Assembly (NCBI GenBank): GCA_002269645.1
Contig: NIVC01000632.1
Coordinates: 1 to 64,000, forward strand
DNA: 64,000 nt
Source of the DNA: Macrostomum lignano
Taxonomy: Eukaryota
Direction of reading: 5' to 3'
Made by a program: the position numbers and the translations under genes. Every line of letters starts with the position of its first letter. Position 1 is the stretch's first letter. Below are positions 59,601-64,000 of this stretch, piece by piece. Under the pieces are notes generated by a model that saw nothing but the letters and a program-made list of their open reading frames with translations, made no database searches and was not told the origin of the DNA.

Positions 59601-61994
59601 CTAGATTAATGTAGCATGCATTATGTAATAATTCTAATAATGCTTTTTATTATATGCATATACAATGCTAACGAAATAAATACCTATTGATGCCATGGCA
59701 AATTTCTATGGCTTAGTTATATCAATTATGACAATGTGACTTACTCGCACTTCATGGTAAATATTTTTTTATTTGAATTCAATAGTTTATATTTGCATTT
59801 ATAGCTATAATGAAATAAATTATTAAAATAATTATTAATTATTAAAATTAATTATTAATTATTAAAAAGACAAACCAAAGTCAAAGAATGCTATTTAAAG
59901 AATTAATGAGCACAACTACAAGGCTTAGTCTTTTAAAGCCAAGTCCATACTATTTTATACTATTTTAAAAGTAGATATAGAGAGCTACTTTCAAAATTTT
60001 AGCCTATACTAGGCTTAGTTATAATGTCTATCTACTATAAATGCTGGATCTTACCTTAAACAATATCATTTAATGTAATAATAGGCCTAGCAATTAGCTA
60101 GTTGTTAGGCATACTACAAACTAACTAGCTATTGAAAAAATATAAATATTATAGAATAGAACTTTTGTTCACTTAAAAGATAGGCCTAAGTGCACTAGGC
60201 CTACAAAATTTTTCTATGCTCTTTGATGCCTAGCATTTTGGTGCCCTAGTTTGCTTTTCATTGTCGCAATTTATAATGACTAAACTTATAATAAAAAAGT
60301 AATAAAATTACAACTAGGCCCTATAATAAATAGGCCTCCTTGAAAAATATTTTATCTTCCTAAGGAAAGCAATATCCATTTATTAAACTGACATATTTCT
60401 TAAATTTTGAAAAAATCTATTTGATTTAATTGCAAGCATTTATTGTATCTTGTAGTAGCTCATATATACAAGGCTGTACTTAGCATGCTAGTTAAGCTTA
60501 AGTAGAGTTTAGTTTCGTAAAGATGAAATCCATCAAGTATGCTACATGTATAGTATAGGCCTAGTTTTGATCAAAATTATGAAATGTGACAAATCCATTT
60601 TAGTTGACCCCTACTGATTTATTTAGTCATAAGACATAAGTCATGATTAAGTTTTTTTGAGAAGTTGAGTGGAGACAAAATTTAGAAGAAACGAGACTTT
60701 TGTGGCAGTCGAGTGCCACTGATGAAAACTTAATGAAACAATTACGCTAAGTTGCATGCACAAGGACACCCGACGACAACCGGCTAGCCGGGCCAAAAGC
60801 TTACAAAATCATCGGGCTAACCGGCAGGAAAGCGCGCTCTCGAGCTCTCGCTTCTCCCGGCTAGACGGGCCCAAAGCGCGCTCCCATACAATCAAATGGG
60901 AGTGTATAAATTGAAAGCTTTCACGGGTGTTTAATAACAATTTGCAGTAAAAAAATCGACGTTTGTTAATATTAATTCGCTTGCATGTAATTTGAAAACA
61001 AAATTTACAGGAATGAGGGTCCCTGTGTTCAACGTTCAACAAAAGCTTCTAAGGCATATATTTTTGCTGTGCTACTGTCCATTGCTGTGCTGGCCTATGC
61101 ACTAGACTAAACAAGTGAAGGCTTCGTGTACAAGATAAATGAAAGGAGCTTTTCTTAAATTTCTTGTGCATTATTATGTGATTGCTTAAGTAATTTTGTT
61201 CTTTAGTTTAAAGCCTGTCACATGTCAGTTAATTAATAATACAGGCATTTGAAATATAAATGTAGGTCTAATATTATGAGAAGTAACTTATAAGCTGCTT
61301 TTATTCAATTATAAAAAGGCTTCAATTCAATTAAATTCTATTATTTAGCTATAGCCCTTATGTATGTAGGAAAGCCTATTGAGCATTAAGCCTAGCTTAT
61401 TGACTTGGTCTTAATGAATAGATTTAGCTAACTCTGCTTCTTCGCCCTCTGCTAAAGTAGTCTCGTAAAAGTACCAAGCAGCACAGCTTATTGAAAGCAC
61501 ATTCTTCCTTCAGAAAAAGCTACCGGTGAAGCCCAGCTGCTGTCCCATTGGCACCTTTGCTTTGGTCTCCGCCTCGAACAACGCTGCTGCGGCCGGGACT
61601 GCCGCTGGTTCTGCCTAAGCAGCCGCCTCGAACAACGCTACAGTCGGTGCAAAGCGTACCATAACCTTCAGCAATGCGGTGATCGTATCAAAGTTAGCTC
61701 AGAATGGAACGGTCGTTGAAAGGATTTTGTCTTGAGTTGTCAGCAAATGGAAATTCGTTTCATTGACAGTTCATGTTAGCTTTATTTACAGTCAATTTTT
61801 TACTTTGTTTAACTGTACCTTTTACCCTTGCTCTACTTTTATCCATAACTTTAGTTTCTTGCTCATGTACTCTATGCATGCACATATACATGCATTAGTA
61901 CTTCCGATCACCGTTAGGGAGGTTTCACAAGTCACCAATAGCCATAACACAAAAGCCATGCATTGACAAGCCATATCTAATTTTGGCAGAGGCG

Positions 61995-62385
61995 AGGAGA
62001 GCGGTAAGGTGGCATGAGCTGAGAGCGGGAAGGTGGCGGGAGCTGAGAGTGGGAAGGTAGCGGGAGCTGAGAGCGGGAAGGTGGCGGGAGCTGAGAGTGG
62101 GAAGGTAGCGGGAGCTGAGAGCGGGAAGGTGGCGGGAGCTGATAGCGGGTAGGTGGCGGGAGCTGAGAGCGGGTAGGTGGCGGGAGCTGAGAGCGGGTAG
62201 GTGGCGGGAGCTGAGAGCGGGAAGGTGGCGGGAGCTGAGAGCGGGTAGGTGGCGGGAGCTGAGAGCGGGTAGGTGGCGGGAGCTGAGAGCGGGAAGGTGG
62301 CGGGAGCTGAGAGCGGGTAGGTGGCGGGAGCTGAGAGCGGGAAGATTGGCGGGAGCTGAGAGCGGGAAGGTGGCGGAAGTTGAGA
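61995..62385. repeat. 24 bp minisatellite (GCTGAGAGCGGGAAGGTGGCGGGA)
   Basis: Tandem units; explains the SAPATFPL ORF. Confidence 0.95.
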
Positions 62386-62789
62386 GCTGAGAGGTTTGAC
62401 CAAAGGACTGTCGTAGCGCTCTAACAGTGTTGCTGAACTGACCACTTGTACCTTCTGCATATTTTATATTTTGGTCAAAAAATCATAAGTTGACTTGTAG
62501 GTGTTCACGTCGTGGTACGTTCGTTTTTGCGGCTGTTGCTAAGTCTTGTGGAATTGTTAAATCGAATTGTCCGTGTTCTTTTCTCGTTTTTTATTATAGT
62601 GTGCCATTTAGTGTACCTGAATTGTGCCATTTTTTAAAAAAAGAACGACAAAGGGAAAATACTAGTAGCTGACAATTCCATTCTTTGGAATTGGAATTCC
62701 ATTCCAAGAAAAAAATAAAGGATATGTTGTACGAAAACTGAGAAATAATTGTTCTTTTTTGTTTGCAATAAAAAAGCCAATAAAAGGAA

Positions 62790-63175
62790 GAGAAGTTTAA
62801 GTGGATGAGTCCAATTTTTTCATCGCAAATACCACCAGGGAGCTTACCGCGAGGGCCACTGGGTGCTTGGGATGGTCAAGCAAGGTACACGCAAATGCAT
62901 GATGGTACAAGTACCCAACCGTTCTGCTGAGTCACTTATTCAGCAGTGTGTTGCCTGGGACACGCATTTTAACTGACGGCTGGCAGGTATATAGTGCGCT
63001 TCCCCACGTGTTTGTCAATCACCGTCTGCATTTCGTTGATCCGAACGATCAAACTGTGCCCACAAACAACATCGAAGGCACCTGGGCACTCGTGAAGGCA
63101 AAGTTTTGCAGCCAGCATGGCGCTAGTGATGACCTTTTTTGAGTCCCATCTTAGCGAGTTCCTCTGGCGCCAACT
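62790..63175 (+). mobile_element. Merlin/IS1595-like DDE transposase pseudogene fragment
   Basis: VDES..HRKYHQG...WVLGMV, LPGTRILTDGWQVY, VNHRLHFVDP, TNNIEGTW, EFLWR with stops and frameshifts. Confidence 0.85.
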
Positions 63176-64000
63176 CTAGCCAGAGAAGTGCTTTGGGAAC
63201 TTCCTGTACTAGGGGAATATAGCTGTGTAACGCTATTTTTAAGACCTTAAGTATGCTCAAATAAACTTGTTTTAGTTCGTTTGTTAAAAAAACTAGGACA
63301 TGCTAAAAAGCCTTATTGATGAAAGCGCCACATACAATTACGTATGTGATGAGGACGCACTTTTTCGAAACCCCGCGCTAGCACATGGGCTCTAAACTTA
63401 CTAGCCTACTAACAGTGAGGAATGGGCATTTTTATCATTTTCCTGCGAATAGTCTTAGAATCTATACTAGATATAATGTCTGGCCATACTAGTAGTCATA
63501 ATAACATAGGCGCAGCTTTTTGGGTCATAAATCATCGCTTTCGAAGCTGGTCTGACAGCCACCTGCGCCTCACTCAGTGCTGAGGCGGGCGCCAGATGGT
63601 CTGAGAGGATGCGGGCGGTAGCTTTTTTCTCATCATTTTGACAGGCCATCAAGATTTATGAGGTCAGAGCCTATTGTTTGGGTTCACTCAAGCGTGTGAC
63701 AGCTTTGACAGCTATACGTTTTACCCCTAAAAGTACTTCGGGATTAGCGATTAGCGGTTTCTCTTCATTATCTTCACTTTCTATTTAATACGAGCTAAGA
63801 GCTTTCTAATGTATATTTTTTCATTTATTTCTGTCAACAATCCTACGCGAAAAGTCAAATCATTTTGTTGCGATTTTGATTGATTTATGGCCGCACCTGT
63901 CATCTTTTTACGACCCTGTGGGAACTGATAGGATCTCTCGGTCACGTGATTCTGGGTAGCAACACGCTTAGCCAATCAGAAAATTCGGCGCTCCTTCTAA

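Noticed and set aside
61822-62460. 212 aa Pro/Ala-rich ORF
   Set aside because: Mostly a 24 bp minisatellite with non-coding-looking flanks.

Overview
Repeat-rich animal (metazoan) genomic DNA with spliced host genes; GC-rich exons and minisatellite-filled introns suggest a flatworm such as Macrostomum, but that is inference only. (1) <1-22770, minus strand: an 8-exon class C GPCR of the metabotropic glutamate receptor family with the mXR/mangetout-type ligand-pocket changes. Its introns hold minisatellites, MITEs, a Tc1 derivative and a nested antisense ORF. (2) 23545-41452: a complete ~17.9 kb AT-rich Polinton/Maverick (adintovirus-like endogenous virus) with ~305 bp TIRs. It encodes pPolB, RVE integrase, major and minor capsid proteins, packaging ATPase, adenain protease, a lectin-tipped fibre, pVI/pX-like proteins, a parvovirus-type PLA2 and an HNH nuclease. 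(3) 41.5-64 kb: orphan Arg-rich ORFs, an FMO gene, IMP4, a CpG-depleted KDZ/Zisupton relic and a Merlin relic. Main discovery: the Polinton PLA2 gene is interrupted inside its Ca-binding loop by a ~325 nt insert that folds into a full group I ribozyme core (P3, P4, P6, P7, P8, P9), directly downstream of a free-standing HNH gene. The same element carries dispersed ~30 nt covarying double-hairpin modules resembling AAV ITR arms, some inserted in frame in genes, and TIRs that are themselves palindromic. Many ORFs show single-base frameshifts that may be assembly errors; no database searches could be run.
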